A DNA stretch of 64,000 bases from Bryobacterales bacterium (GTDB lineage Bacteria; Acidobacteriota; Terriglobia; Bryobacterales; UBA6623): NCBI GenBank assembly GCA_965218555.1, contig OZ244625.1:2300968-2364967 (forward strand), in the 5' to 3' direction. A program made the translations under genes and the position numbers. The notes under the pieces are model-generated. The model searched no databases and was not told the DNA's origin. It saw nothing but the letters and a program-made list of their open reading frames with translations. This document shows positions 48,637 to 58,584 of this stretch, one piece after another; the stretch's first letter is position 1, and each line of letters starts with the position of its first letter.

Positions 48637-49490
48637 TGGTCGACCTGCTCCGCACCATCTCCGACCTTCGCGCCAAGCTCTCCGCCGTTCGTAAGAACGG
48701 AACCGCGATCGGTCTTGTGCCCACCATGGGCGCCCTGCACGCCGGCCACGGCCGCCTGATCGAAAAGGCTGTCGCGGACGGTGGCTTCGTCGTCACGAGC
48801 ATCTTCGTCAACCCCACCCAGTTCCATCGCGAGGACGACTTTCAGTCGTATCCGTGCGACCTTGCCACCGACCTCGCCTTCTGCGAGCGGCGCAACGTCG
48901 ATGCCGCCTTCGTCCCGGACCCCGATGAAATGTATGCCGCTGAACCGCTCACGTCCGTCGTCGTCAGCCGCTTGACCGAACACCTCTGCGGCCCACAGCG
49001 CCCCGGCCACTTCGAAGGCGTCGCCACCGTCGTCACCAAACTGTTGAACATCGTCCAGCCCGACCGCGCCTACTTCGGCGAGAAGGACCGCCAGCAACTG
49101 GTCGTGATCCGCCGCGTCGTCAAAGATCTCAACATCCCCGTCGAGATCGTCGGGGTCCCTACAGTCCGCGAGCCCGATGGCCTCGCGCTCAGTTCCCGCA
49201 ATCAACTGCTGTCGCCTGAGGAAAGGCAAGGGGCCACGGTTCTCTACCGGGCGCTCCGGAAGGCCGAGGCGTTGGTGCAGGCAAGCGAAACTTGCCCCGG
49301 CGAAGTGATGAAACAGGGCCTCGCCGTGTTCGAGAGCGAACCGTCGACGCGCATTGAATACTTCGAAGTGGTTGACCCCGATCAACTCCAACCGGTCGAC
49401 GAAATCAAGGCGCCCGTCCTGATCGCCGGGGCGGTGCACCTGGGCACGACCCGCCTTATCGACAACATCCTCGCGGAAGCACGGTCCTAG
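48636..49490 (+). CDS. panC: Pantoate-beta-alanine ligase
   Basis: GLVPTMGALHAGHGRLI...SIFVNPTQF. The start overlaps the panB stop (TGATG). Confidence 0.92.
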   Translation: MVDLLRTISDLRAKLSAVRKNGTAIGLVPTMGALHAGHGRLIEKAVADGGFVVTSIFVNPTQFHREDDFQSYPCDLATDLAFCERRNVDAAFVPDPDEMYAAEPLTSVVVSRLTEHLCGPQRPGHFEGVATVVTKLLNIVQPDRAYFGEKDRQQLVVIRRVVKDLNIPVEIVGVPTVREPDGLALSSRNQLLSPEERQGATVLYRALRKAEALVQASETCPGEVMKQGLAVFESEPSTRIEYFEVVDPDQLQPVDEIKAPVLIAGAVHLGTTRLIDNILAEARS

Positions 49491-49531
49491 GCTCCTCCAC
49501 ATCGTGTCCAGATCGGGGCCACAATAGGGCC

Positions 49532-50593
49532 ATGCACCCCATCATTCCCCGGCGCAAGATGCTCGCGTCGCCCCTGGCCTTATATCCTGTAGGCGCCATG
49601 GCCGCCAACCCCATGCGCACGCCTACCGGAACCCTCACCGACGTCACAGGTCTCAAAGTCGGTCACTTCCGTTCTGACAAGCGGCCGACCGGCTGCACCG
49701 TCGTTCTCGCCGAAGGCGGCGCCGTCGCCGGCGTTGACATCCGCGGCGGCGCTCCCGGCAGCCGCGAAACCGATCTCCTGCGTCCCGAGATGTCCATCCA
49801 GCAAGTACACGCCGTTGTCCTCTCCGGAGGCAGCGCTTACGGACTCGCCACTGCGGACGGCGTCATGCGCTATCTCGAAGAACGTGGAATCGGCTTCGCT
49901 ACCAGCGCGGGTGTTGTCCCCATCGTTCCGGCGGCCATCCTTTACGATCTGGGTCTCGGCGAAGCGACGATCCGTCCCGACGCGCAGGCAGGCTACGAGG
50001 CCGCCAGGCAAGCTTCCGCCGATCCGGTTCCCCAAGGCAACGTAGGAGCGGGCGCGGGCGCAACCGTCGGTAAGCTCCTCGGTCGAGACCGCGCCATGAA
50101 GGGCGGCCTCGGCTCGGCCTCCCTCCGCCTCCCAAATGGCCTCGCCGCCGCCGCGCTCGTCGCTGTCAACGCCATCGGCGATATCGTCGATCCCGAGTCC
50201 GGGGCTCTACTCGCCGGTGCGCGCACCGAAGACGGCGGCTCCCTCGCTGACGGGATGCAACATATCCGCGCGGGTGCGCTGCTTCCCGACACGTCTCCGG
50301 CCGAGAACACGACCATCGGCCTGGTCGCCTCCAACGTCAACTGGACCCAAGCCCAAGCCACCAAGGTCGCCCAGATGGCTCACGACGGCTTGGCGCGGGC
50401 CATCCGCCCGGCGCACCTCCCCTTCGATGGCGACACCATCTTCGCGCTGGGTACGGGCGGCTCCGAAGTCGATCGCAGGCTGCTCGGCCAAATCGGGGCT
50501 CTGGCCGCTGACGCAGTGGCCCAAGCCGTCGTCTCCGCCATCCTCCACGCCGAAAAGATCGAGGGTTATCCGGCGCATCGCGACTTGCAATGA
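49532..50593 (+). CDS. Peptidase family S58/P1 (DmpA/BapA-like aminopeptidase)
   Basis: LTDVTGLKVGHF...TGCTVVLAEGGAVAGVDIRGGAPGSRETDLL...VVLSGGSAYGL. Confidence 0.8.
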   Translation: MHPIIPRRKMLASPLALYPVGAMAANPMRTPTGTLTDVTGLKVGHFRSDKRPTGCTVVLAEGGAVAGVDIRGGAPGSRETDLLRPEMSIQQVHAVVLSGGSAYGLATADGVMRYLEERGIGFATSAGVVPIVPAAILYDLGLGEATIRPDAQAGYEAARQASADPVPQGNVGAGAGATVGKLLGRDRAMKGGLGSASLRLPNGLAAAALVAVNAIGDIVDPESGALLAGARTEDGGSLADGMQHIRAGALLPDTSPAENTTIGLVASNVNWTQAQATKVAQMAHDGLARAIRPAHLPFDGDTIFALGTGGSEVDRRLLGQIGALAADAVAQAVVSAILHAEKIEGYPAHRDLQ

Positions 50594-50630
50594 GAGCACG
50601 TAGCTGCGGTGCTTCAACTCAACCCGCGGT

Positions 50631-52037
50631 ATGATCTTCGCCCTTCTCGCGTATTCCGGCTTCCTGATCGCCATCGGGCTCCTCGGATCCCGGCGAGTCC
50701 GGCGCAGCGGCGATTTCTACGTGGCCGCCCGCTCGCTTTCCACGCCGCTGCTGTTTTCCACGTTCCTCGCAGCGAACCTCGGCGCGGGCTCAACCGTCGG
50801 AGTCGCCGGGTTCGCCTACGTTGACGGACTCTCAGCCTGGTGGTGGGTCGCTTCGGCGGGTTTCGGTTCGCTGCTGCTCGCGTTCTGGATCGGGCCGCGT
50901 ATCTACCGCGCCGCCTGCAGGCACAACCTGCTCACCGTCGGCGACTACCTCGAGCACCGCTATGACCGCCGCGTCCGGCTCATCACCGCCGGCCTGCTGT
51001 GGCTGGGGTCACTCGCCATCCTCGCCGGACAGCTCATCGCTCTTGGCTTCATCCTGAAAGTCGTCGCCGGCATCCCAACACACTGGGGCATCGCTCTCGG
51101 CGGCGTCATCGTGACGATCTATTTCACGGCCGGCGGACTCCTCTCTACGGCGTGGGTCAACCTCGTCCAAGTCTGCGTCAAGGCGGCCGGATTCGGTATC
51201 GCGCTCCCCTGGGCGCTGACTCACGTAGCGAGCTGGCAAGACGTCTCGAGCGCCGCCGCCCGACACACCGGCGTCAACCCCGACGCCTACCTAAGCCTCA
51301 GCGGCATCGGCGCGGGCGGCATCGCCGGTTACGCCATCATCCTCATCCCCGCCTTCTTCGTTTCCCCCGGCCTTCTCCAGAAACTTTATGGAGCCAAGGA
51401 CGAATCCGCCATTCGCCGCGGTGTCGGTCTCCAAGGTCTCGCTCTGCTGCTCTACTCCGTTTTCCCCGTCCTGCTCGGCATGATCGCATTCACTCGCTAC
51501 CCGAACCTCGAAAATCCGGAGCTCGCCCTCCCCACGCTGCTCTCCGCAGGCTTCCCCGTCTGGCTCGGCGCACTCATGCTCGCCGCCGTCTTCTCCGCCG
51601 AAGTCAGCTCCGCCGACGCCGTGCTTTTCATGCTCAGCACCTCGCTCGCTCGCGACCTCTACCAGAAGACGCTCCGTCCCAACGCCAATGACAAGGCGCT
51701 CTTGCGTGTCACGCGCATCACGGCCGCTATTGCCGGGCTGGCCGGAATCGCACTGGCTCTCTGGCTGGGGTCCATCCTCAAGGCGCTCCTCGTTTTCTAC
51801 AGCCTTCTCGTTGTCACCTTGTTCGTCCCGCTCGTCACCGGATTGCACTCGACCCGCCCCAAGGCAAGCGCTGCGCTCACCTCGATCGCAACTGCCGTGC
51901 CGGCGACGATTGTCACCCACTTGCTCACCAACGGCAAAGGTTTCGGCCTCATCACACCGGTTGCCGCCGGCATCCTCGCTAGCGCTCTCGCCTTCGCTGC
52001 TACGGCCGCCCGGCGAACGCGCGACGCTTCCGTATAA
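50631..52037 (+). CDS. Sodium:solute symporter family transporter (468 aa)
   Basis: Multi-TM with an SSS-like N-terminus (GDFYVAARSLS...LGAGSTVGVAG). The substrate cannot be inferred from sequence alone. Confidence 0.8.
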   Translation: MIFALLAYSGFLIAIGLLGSRRVRRSGDFYVAARSLSTPLLFSTFLAANLGAGSTVGVAGFAYVDGLSAWWWVASAGFGSLLLAFWIGPRIYRAACRHNLLTVGDYLEHRYDRRVRLITAGLLWLGSLAILAGQLIALGFILKVVAGIPTHWGIALGGVIVTIYFTAGGLLSTAWVNLVQVCVKAAGFGIALPWALTHVASWQDVSSAAARHTGVNPDAYLSLSGIGAGGIAGYAIILIPAFFVSPGLLQKLYGAKDESAIRRGVGLQGLALLLYSVFPVLLGMIAFTRYPNLENPELALPTLLSAGFPVWLGALMLAAVFSAEVSSADAVLFMLSTSLARDLYQKTLRPNANDKALLRVTRITAAIAGLAGIALALWLGSILKALLVFYSLLVVTLFVPLVTGLHSTRPKASAALTSIATAVPATIVTHLLTNGKGFGLITPVAAGILASALAFAATAARRTRDASV

Positions 52038-52069
52038 TGGGCTGATCCGCTGAGGCCGGTCTTACCACC

Positions 52070-53734
52070 ATGGAGATCCAATTACACCCGCTCGACTGGG
52101 CCGTCATCGCCGTCTACTCCGTCGGCATTGTGGCCGTCGGCCTCTACGTCGCACGCCGCGTCAAGGAGACCGCAGACTACTTCCTCGGCAAGCGCGGCTT
52201 TAACGTGTGGCTCATCATCGGACAGGCCTTTGGCGTTGGCACGCACGCCGAAATGCCCGTCTCGCTCGCCGGCGCCGTCTATCAGTCCGGCTACTCGGCC
52301 ATCTGGTATCAGTGGAAGAACCTTTTCATCACGCCCTTCTATTGGATCCTCGGCCCCATGTTCCGGCGCGTCGGGCGCACCACCATCGGCGAGGTGTACG
52401 AAGACCGCTACGGCAACTTCATGGGCGGTGTCTACACGATCTTCGCCCTGGCGTTCTTTACCTTCAGCATGGGGGCGATGCTCAAGGGCGCGGGCAAGCT
52501 CGTCAGCGCGGCATCAGGAGGCACCGTTTCGCCGAACGCCGTGGTCCTCGTGATGACGGTCACCTTCCTGCTATACAGCTTCGTCGGCGGATTGGTTGCT
52601 GCCGCCTACACCGACTTTGTCCAGAGCTTTTTCATCATTGCCCTGTCGTTCCTGCTGATTCCCCTGGGGCTCTCCCGCGTCGGAGGCTTCACCGGCATTC
52701 GCGAAACGCTCGACCCCGCCATGCTCTCGATGGTCACACCTGGGGACGTCGGCGTTTTCACCATCCTCATGCTCACAATCAACGGACTCGTCGGCATCGT
52801 CGCGCAGCCGCACATGCTCGCCGCCATCGGCACCGGCAAGGACGAGCGAAGCTGCCGCATCGGCATGGCCTATGGGAACTTCGTCAAGCGTTTCTGCACC
52901 GTCGGCTGGGCGCTCGTGGGATTGATCGTCGTCGTGATGCTCGCCGACACCGGCGGCGTCTTGGCCGACCGCGAGGACGCCTTCGGCTTCGCCACCAAAG
53001 AGCTGCTCTTTCCCGGCGCAGTCGGCCTGATGATCGCCTGCGTGCTTGCCGCCAACATGTCCACCTGTTCGGCCTTCACCGTCGACGGCGGTGCGCTCTT
53101 CACGCAGAACTTCTACCGGCGTTACCTCGCCCCCAACAAGTCCGACCGCCACTATCTCATGGTGGGACGCTTTTCCGGTGTTACCGTCACCACACTCGGC
53201 GTCATCTTCGGACTCCTTTTCGACATCGTGCTCGAAGCCTTCCTGTTCACCGAGACCATGGCTGCCTTCATGGGGATCAGCATGTTCGGAGCGATCTCAT
53301 GGAAGCGCGCCAATCGCTATGGCGCGTTTGCCAGCCTCGTCACGTCGAGTCTGCTCTTCTTCTACCTCACCTATGCGGAATACGGCGTTCTCCTCCGTTG
53401 GGAGGCGGCGAACTTCGGGTACTCGCTGCTGCTGGGGTTCGTTGCGCTCGCCGTCGTAAGCTGGCTCACTCCTCCCGAAAGCAAGGAAAGGCTCGACCCG
53501 TTCTACAAGCGTCTCAACACACAGAAGCGGCTCGACGAGGAGACCGGCGAGGAAGTCGTCGTCGACGAACCCGGCCACGATCTCCTCGTGGCCCACCTCT
53601 TCGACCTTGAACTCTCCAAAGGCCTCGGCCGCTTCTACCACCGCTTCCGCGTCGACATCAACGGCCTGCTGTTCGCCTTCTTCGTCGTCGTCATCATCAT
53701 CGCCCTAGGCCGCGGCATCCTGCTTCTTCCGTAA
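52070..53734 (+). CDS. Sodium:solute symporter family transporter (554 aa)
   Basis: Multi-TM with an SSS-like N-terminus (DYFLGKRGFNVWLI). 32 nt after the previous SSS gene. Confidence 0.8.
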   Translation: MEIQLHPLDWAVIAVYSVGIVAVGLYVARRVKETADYFLGKRGFNVWLIIGQAFGVGTHAEMPVSLAGAVYQSGYSAIWYQWKNLFITPFYWILGPMFRRVGRTTIGEVYEDRYGNFMGGVYTIFALAFFTFSMGAMLKGAGKLVSAASGGTVSPNAVVLVMTVTFLLYSFVGGLVAAAYTDFVQSFFIIALSFLLIPLGLSRVGGFTGIRETLDPAMLSMVTPGDVGVFTILMLTINGLVGIVAQPHMLAAIGTGKDERSCRIGMAYGNFVKRFCTVGWALVGLIVVVMLADTGGVLADREDAFGFATKELLFPGAVGLMIACVLAANMSTCSAFTVDGGALFTQNFYRRYLAPNKSDRHYLMVGRFSGVTVTTLGVIFGLLFDIVLEAFLFTETMAAFMGISMFGAISWKRANRYGAFASLVTSSLLFFYLTYAEYGVLLRWEAANFGYSLLLGFVALAVVSWLTPPESKERLDPFYKRLNTQKRLDEETGEEVVVDEPGHDLLVAHLFDLELSKGLGRFYHRFRVDINGLLFAFFVVVIIIALGRGILLLP

Positions 53735-53736
53735 GC

Positions 53737-54258
53737 TCAGGCCGGGCCGTACAACGTCAGGCAGTTTCCCCCCTGGCGGATTACCCGCTGCCGGCGCAGC
53801 TCTCCGTATTCCTCGGCAAGTTCGTGTCTCGAAGCGTGCTGGGCAATCACGAGGTACGGTGGATTCTCACCGAGCGTCGTCAACGTCCGCTCGTATTCTT
53901 CATGCGCCGCGTATGGCGGACCCAGGAAGAAGATATCCGCCGTGAGCCCGGTCAAGACTTCCGAAACCGGCTTATGAAAAACCGTCGTGTCCGCTGCCGC
54001 CCCCACCGTCAGCAGGTTTTCCCGGATCACGGCACAGGCCTCCGCATTCGACTCCACAAACAACACGTGCGAAGCGCCCCGGCTGAGCGCCTCGATTCCG
54101 ACCGCGCCCGTCCCCGCATACAGATCCGCGAAGGCCTTCCCCGCGATGTCGTTCTGCAGGACGTTGAACAGTGTCTCCCGCAGGCGGTCAAGCATCGGCC
54201 GCGTCGCGAGTCCGGGAAGAGACTTCAGACGCCGCCTGCGGTAGCGTCCGCCGATCAC
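53737..54258 (-). CDS. rsmD: 16S rRNA (guanine966-N2)-methyltransferase RsmD
   Basis: (M)IGGRYRRRRLKSLPGLATRPMLDRLRETLFNVL...DLYAGTGAVGIEALSRGA...PPY. I prefer GTG 54258. The track ATG 54366 would overlap recG by 56 nt. Confidence 0.75.
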   Translation of the reverse strand: MIGGRYRRRRLKSLPGLATRPMLDRLRETLFNVLQNDIAGKAFADLYAGTGAVGIEALSRGASHVLFVESNAEACAVIRENLLTVGAAADTTVFHKPVSEVLTGLTADIFFLGPPYAAHEEYERTLTTLGENPPYLVIAQHASRHELAEEYGELRRQRVIRQGGNCLTLYGPA

Positions 54259-54310
54259 CCGCAGCGGCGCCGGGTTCTCAGAACGACTTGATGCTTTTCG
54301 GGAGTTCAAG

Positions 54311-56434
54311 TCAACCCACCTGCACCAGACCGTAGCGCCGTTGCCACTTATTCCGGATATAGTCAACCAACTTCACAAGCGCCTCCTTGCTCGGCGGGCT
54401 CTCGACGAAGGCCGTTGCTTCTCCCCGGGCAAGCTCCAGCATCTCCCGATCCCGAATTACGTCCGCAACGCGGAACGTCGGCAGCCCCGACTGCTTCGTT
54501 CCGAAAAACTCCCCCGGGCCGCGCAGTTGCAGATCGACGTCGGAGATGCGAAACCCGTCTTGGGTTTCGACCATCGTACGGATGCGCTCTTCCGCTGTCG
54601 GGTTCCTCTCGCCGCACATCAGAATGCAGTAGCTGTGCTCCGCGCCCCGTCCCACGCGCCCGCGAAGCTGGTGCAACTGCGACAGCCCGAAACTTTCGGC
54701 GTGGACGATCAGCATGACGGTCGCGTTCGGAACATCCACGCCCACCTCGATCACCGTCGTCGACACGAGGACCCCGATCTTGTTGGACGTGAAGGCTGCC
54801 ATGACCGCCTCTTTGTCCGATGTCGGAAGACGCCCATGCAGAAGCCCCACCTTGAGATCAGGAAAAACCTTATTGGCAAGCCGATCGTAGACGTCCTGCG
54901 CCGCCGCGACCTGCTTCGTTTCGGATTCTTCAATCAGCGGGCAGACGACGTAAACTTGTTGTCTGGCCTGCACCTGCCGCCGCACAAACGCGAACACCTT
55001 CTCCTCGTCCGCGAACGGCAATTCACGCGTCACGATCGGCGACCGCCCGGGAGGCAGCTCGTCGATCATCGACACGTCGAGTTCCCCATACAGCGTGAGC
55101 GCCAGGGTCCGGGGAATCGGCGTCGCCGTCATCACGAGCACGTCGGGGTTTTCGCCCTTCTGCAAGAGCCGCCAGCGCTGCATCACTCCGAAGCGGTGTT
55201 GCTCGTCGATTACGATGAATCCGAGCCGCTGGAACGCAACGTTGTCCAAAATCACCGCATGCGTGCCGATCACGACGTGGGCCCGCCCCTCGGCGATCAC
55301 CCGCCTGAACTTCTTCTTGTCCGCCGCGCTCATCGAGCCGGTGAGCAACACGACCACGTACCCCGCCGGTTCCAGCAGCCGTTTGAAGTAGAGATAGTGT
55401 TGGGCTGCCAGGATCTCCGTCGGCGCCATCACGGCCACCTGATAGTCGTTCTCGAGCGCGATAACCGCCGCTTCGAGGGCCACGATGGTTTTGCCGCTCC
55501 CCACGTCGCCCTGGAGGAGACGGTTCATCGGCGTCGGTTGAGCCATGTCGTCGGCAATCTCCTTGAGCACCCGCTTCTGCGCCTTCGTCGGCTTGAAGGG
55601 CAACACCTCCTTGATCTTGTTGCGCACACGGTCGTTCAGCGCGAAAGCGATGCCCTGCGCCGCGCGCGCCTTTTGACGCTTCAAGGCCAAGCCGCATTCC
55701 AGAAAAAAGAACTCCTCGAAAATCAGTCGGACCTGTCCCGGAGAGCGAAACGACTTGAGCGCTTGCAAGTCCGCGCCGAGGGAGGGGAAGTGCGTCTGCC
55801 GCAGCGCCTCGATCCGGTTCGGGAAGCCCATGCGCCGGCGAACGGCTTCCGGCAGCGGATCGTCAAGCTCCGGCAGCGCTTCGAGACAACCATGCACCAG
55901 CTTTCTCAGATGGCGCGTCGTCAGGCGACCGAGGGCCTCGTAGATGGGAACGATGCGGCCCACATGCAACTGCGAGTCCTGATCCTCATCCAGCAGCTCG
56001 TATTCAGGATGGAGGATGCAGACCTGACCGGAGTAAGAGTCGTGCTCCACCTTGCCATAGAAGGCGACTCGCTTGCCTCGCTCCAGAATCCCCTGCAGGT
56101 AGTCGCCGTGAAACCACTTCGTCACCAATTCCGCCCCGGATCCGTCCCACACGCGAGCTTCGAACAGCCGGGCGCGCGAGCGGTGCGACTGGAACAACTG
56201 CGCGGCATGGATCTCCCCGATCACGGTGGCCGTTTCTCCGAGGACGAGGGCCGAGAGCGGTTTGACGTTACTGCGGTCTTCGTACCGAAACGGCAAGCGA
56301 TAGAGCAGGTCCTCGACCGTCGCGAGGCCTTTGCCCGCGAGCAGCCGGCCACGACGGCGGCCGACGCCCTTCAGGTGCTCCAGCGGTGTCTCGGGTTCGA
56401 TCCGGCTCATGAGCGGCGGCCTTCTCAGCCTCAA
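54311..56434 (-). CDS. recG: ATP-dependent DNA helicase RecG
   Basis: Wedge domain plus SF2 helicase motifs: LLQGDVGSGKT, DEQHRFGV, TATPIPRT, QLHQLRGRVGRG. Confidence 0.95.
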   Translation of the reverse strand: MRLRRPPLMSRIEPETPLEHLKGVGRRRGRLLAGKGLATVEDLLYRLPFRYEDRSNVKPLSALVLGETATVIGEIHAAQLFQSHRSRARLFEARVWDGSGAELVTKWFHGDYLQGILERGKRVAFYGKVEHDSYSGQVCILHPEYELLDEDQDSQLHVGRIVPIYEALGRLTTRHLRKLVHGCLEALPELDDPLPEAVRRRMGFPNRIEALRQTHFPSLGADLQALKSFRSPGQVRLIFEEFFFLECGLALKRQKARAAQGIAFALNDRVRNKIKEVLPFKPTKAQKRVLKEIADDMAQPTPMNRLLQGDVGSGKTIVALEAAVIALENDYQVAVMAPTEILAAQHYLYFKRLLEPAGYVVVLLTGSMSAADKKKFRRVIAEGRAHVVIGTHAVILDNVAFQRLGFIVIDEQHRFGVMQRWRLLQKGENPDVLVMTATPIPRTLALTLYGELDVSMIDELPPGRSPIVTRELPFADEEKVFAFVRRQVQARQQVYVVCPLIEESETKQVAAAQDVYDRLANKVFPDLKVGLLHGRLPTSDKEAVMAAFTSNKIGVLVSTTVIEVGVDVPNATVMLIVHAESFGLSQLHQLRGRVGRGAEHSYCILMCGERNPTAEERIRTMVETQDGFRISDVDLQLRGPGEFFGTKQSGLPTFRVADVIRDREMLELARGEATAFVESPPSKEALVKLVDYIRNKWQRRYGLVQVG

Positions 56435-56785
56435 TCGCAGGCTGACTTCGAAGTGTAGCGGACGTATTTCGGCATGACTCGCCGCGGAGAAAATAGTGCG
56501 AATCCCGAATCAAGCCGCCAGCAATGGCCGATGCCTCATCCTTAACGTCCGGGACAACATCCAGAACTTCCAGCGAGCGTTGGCATTTTTGGATTTGGAC
56601 TGGCTTTGGGCCCGATCATCGGCCCAATGAGGTCCACGCCGTGCCCGGTGCCGGCGGATGCGCTCTCTCATCTCTCCGCCTCGAGCCTCGGCGGTCGCGG
56701 CGAACGAGGAATGCTCAAGCCGCTCGCGGGAAAGCGGCGGTGCAAAACCGGCTCAACCCGCTTTGACCGCCGCCGCCAAGGAACG

Positions 56786-57781
56786 TTATGCCCACAGGCT
56801 TCTTCGGCCGGAGCGCAGCAGCCAGATGAAGAACGGGCCCCCCAGCATCGCGGTCATCACTCCCACGGGGATCTCACTGGGCGCCAGCGCCGTTCGCGCC
56901 ACCGTGTCGCACAGCATCAGGAACCCACCGCCCACGCAAAATGATGTCGGCACGAGCAGCCTGTGATCCGCGCCGACCACCATCCGAAGCGCGTGCGGTA
57001 CGATCAGGCCGATGAAACCGATCGGGCCGGTAAGGGCCGTGATCGACGCCGTGAGAAACGACCCCAGCAGATAGCAAATCAGCATCAGGCTCGATAGATG
57101 AACGCCGCGCGTCGCCGCCCAATCTTCCCCTACCGACAGCAGATTCAATTGATTCGATTTGACGACGGCAATGCCCACGCCCACCGCGACGCCGGTCGAG
57201 AGAATCGCCAGTGTGTTGTAGGGCATTGAGTCAATGCCGCCCATCAGCCAGCGCACGATGGCAAACGATTCGGTGAACCCGGCCGTGTAATGCAAGAACA
57301 GAATTCCCGCCATGCAGATGGCGTTGATCGTGACGCCCGTCAGCAGCAGAGTGAATGACGACATGCGACGTCCTTCCGACGCGATGCCGACGACAACCAT
57401 GATCGTGATCGCCGCGCCGATGAGTCCCGAGATCCAGACCGCCGGGAAGGTCCCGATGGCGCGCCAGCCAAAACAGATCGCGATGACCGCCCCGAGCGCG
57501 GCTCCGCTCTGCACGCCCAACGTATAAGGAGTAGCCAGGGCGTCTCGCAGCAGGGCTTGAAACACGACGCCCGCCAGCGCAAGAGCGCCTCCCGCAAGTC
57601 CAGCGAGCAGCACGCGAGGCAGCCGCGCCTGGAACAGAATTTCTTTGTCCGGCGACTGTCCCGACCAAGCGCGCGAAAGGGCGATGTCGCTCGATCCGAT
57701 GAACGGCGTCACGGCGAGCGCAAACAGGAAAAAAAGCACGGCGGCGCCGACGGCGGTCCAGAAACTGCGGCGGTTTACCAT
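56786..57781 (-). CDS. FecCD-family ABC permease (BtuC-like)
   Basis: 331 aa, multi-TM, FecCD-type (LLLTGVTINAI...LTGPIGFIGLIVPH). Confidence 0.88.
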   Translation of the reverse strand: MVNRRSFWTAVGAAVLFFLFALAVTPFIGSSDIALSRAWSGQSPDKEILFQARLPRVLLAGLAGGALALAGVVFQALLRDALATPYTLGVQSGAALGAVIAICFGWRAIGTFPAVWISGLIGAAITIMVVVGIASEGRRMSSFTLLLTGVTINAICMAGILFLHYTAGFTESFAIVRWLMGGIDSMPYNTLAILSTGVAVGVGIAVVKSNQLNLLSVGEDWAATRGVHLSSLMLICYLLGSFLTASITALTGPIGFIGLIVPHALRMVVGADHRLLVPTSFCVGGGFLMLCDTVARTALAPSEIPVGVMTAMLGGPFFIWLLRSGRRSLWA

Positions 57782-58584
57782 CGGTGACGTCCCTGCGATT
57801 GGAGTTGCCCCGCCGGTTGCTCATACGAGACCCACGGACGCCCATTCAGTCCGCTCAGAATCTCGGCGTCAACTTCGAATACGTCGCTCAGGAGTTTCGT
57901 TGTCAGGACCTCGCCGGGAACACCGTCCGCGGCTACTTCGCCATGCGAAAGGACCACCATACGATCCGAATAGCTTGCCGCCAAGTTGAGATCGTGCGTA
58001 ACCGCCACGACGCAGATGCCCTCGCGCGCCAGCTTTTCCAGCAGGGCATAGGTGCTGATCTGGTGCTTGAGGTCAAGAAACGTCGTGGGCTCGTCGAGCA
58101 GCAGAACCGATGGTTCTTGAGCCAGTGAGCCGGCCAGGATGACCCGTTGCCGCTCGCCGCCGCTCAGCGCACGAAAGTCGAGTCGGGCGAACTGTAGGGT
58201 GTCGGTGGTCTCCATCGCACGATGCACGGCTTCGCGATCCTCGGGGGCCTCGAACAATCCGTTGCAGTGCGGCGTGCGGCCCATGAACACGACCTGCTCC
58301 GCCGTGAACGGGAACTCGATGCGAACATTCTGCGGAATGAACGACAGCCGGCGGCCCAGATCGCCCTTGCTCCATTGCGAAATCTCCGTGCCGTGGAACC
58401 GGCACTCACCCTCGTATTCCTCCCGCACGCCGGAAAGGACCGACATGAGCGTCGACTTCCCCGCGCCGTTCGGCCCGACGATCGCGGCCAACTCCCCTTC
58501 GTGGAAGCGCAGCGAGATGCCCCTTAAGATCTCCGCCGAGCCGAGCCGGACACGAACGCCGTCCAATGCGTATACGGGCGTCAC
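57775..58584 (-). CDS. ABC transporter ATP-binding protein (BtuD/FecE-like)
   Basis: GPNGAGKSTL, LSGGERQRV, LLLDEPT. The GTG 58584 start forms a GTGA overlap with the upstream stop. Confidence 0.88.
   Translation of the reverse strand: MTPVYALDGVRVRLGSAEILRGISLRFHEGELAAIVGPNGAGKSTLMSVLSGVREEYEGECRFHGTEISQWSKGDLGRRLSFIPQNVRIEFPFTAEQVVFMGRTPHCNGLFEAPEDREAVHRAMETTDTLQFARLDFRALSGGERQRVILAGSLAQEPSVLLLDEPTTFLDLKHQISTYALLEKLAREGICVVAVTHDLNLAASYSDRMVVLSHGEVAADGVPGEVLTTKLLSDVFEVDAEILSGLNGRPWVSYEQPAGQLQSQGRHRW

Noticed and set aside
54341-56458. 705-aa plus-strand ORF covering the whole of recG on the opposite strand. Similar long mirror ORFs lie at 40527-42257 (anti-fusA), 39081-40049 (anti-tuf), 27994-29256 (anti-secY), 31271-32656, 11262-13034, 5549-6709 and 882-1973.
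   Set aside because: The opposite strand encodes universally conserved proteins with clear motifs. The mirror ORFs are Arg/His/Gly/Asp-rich low-complexity strings with no motifs. Stop-codon-poor antisense frames are expected in high-GC DNA.
56435-56785. The 350-nt spacer between the permease stop and the recG start, including a near-palindrome GGGCCCGATCATCGGCCC and short basic ORFs.
   Set aside because: The ORFs are short, Arg-rich and lack SD sequences. The palindrome is imperfect and isolated. The spacer most simply holds the recG promoter region.
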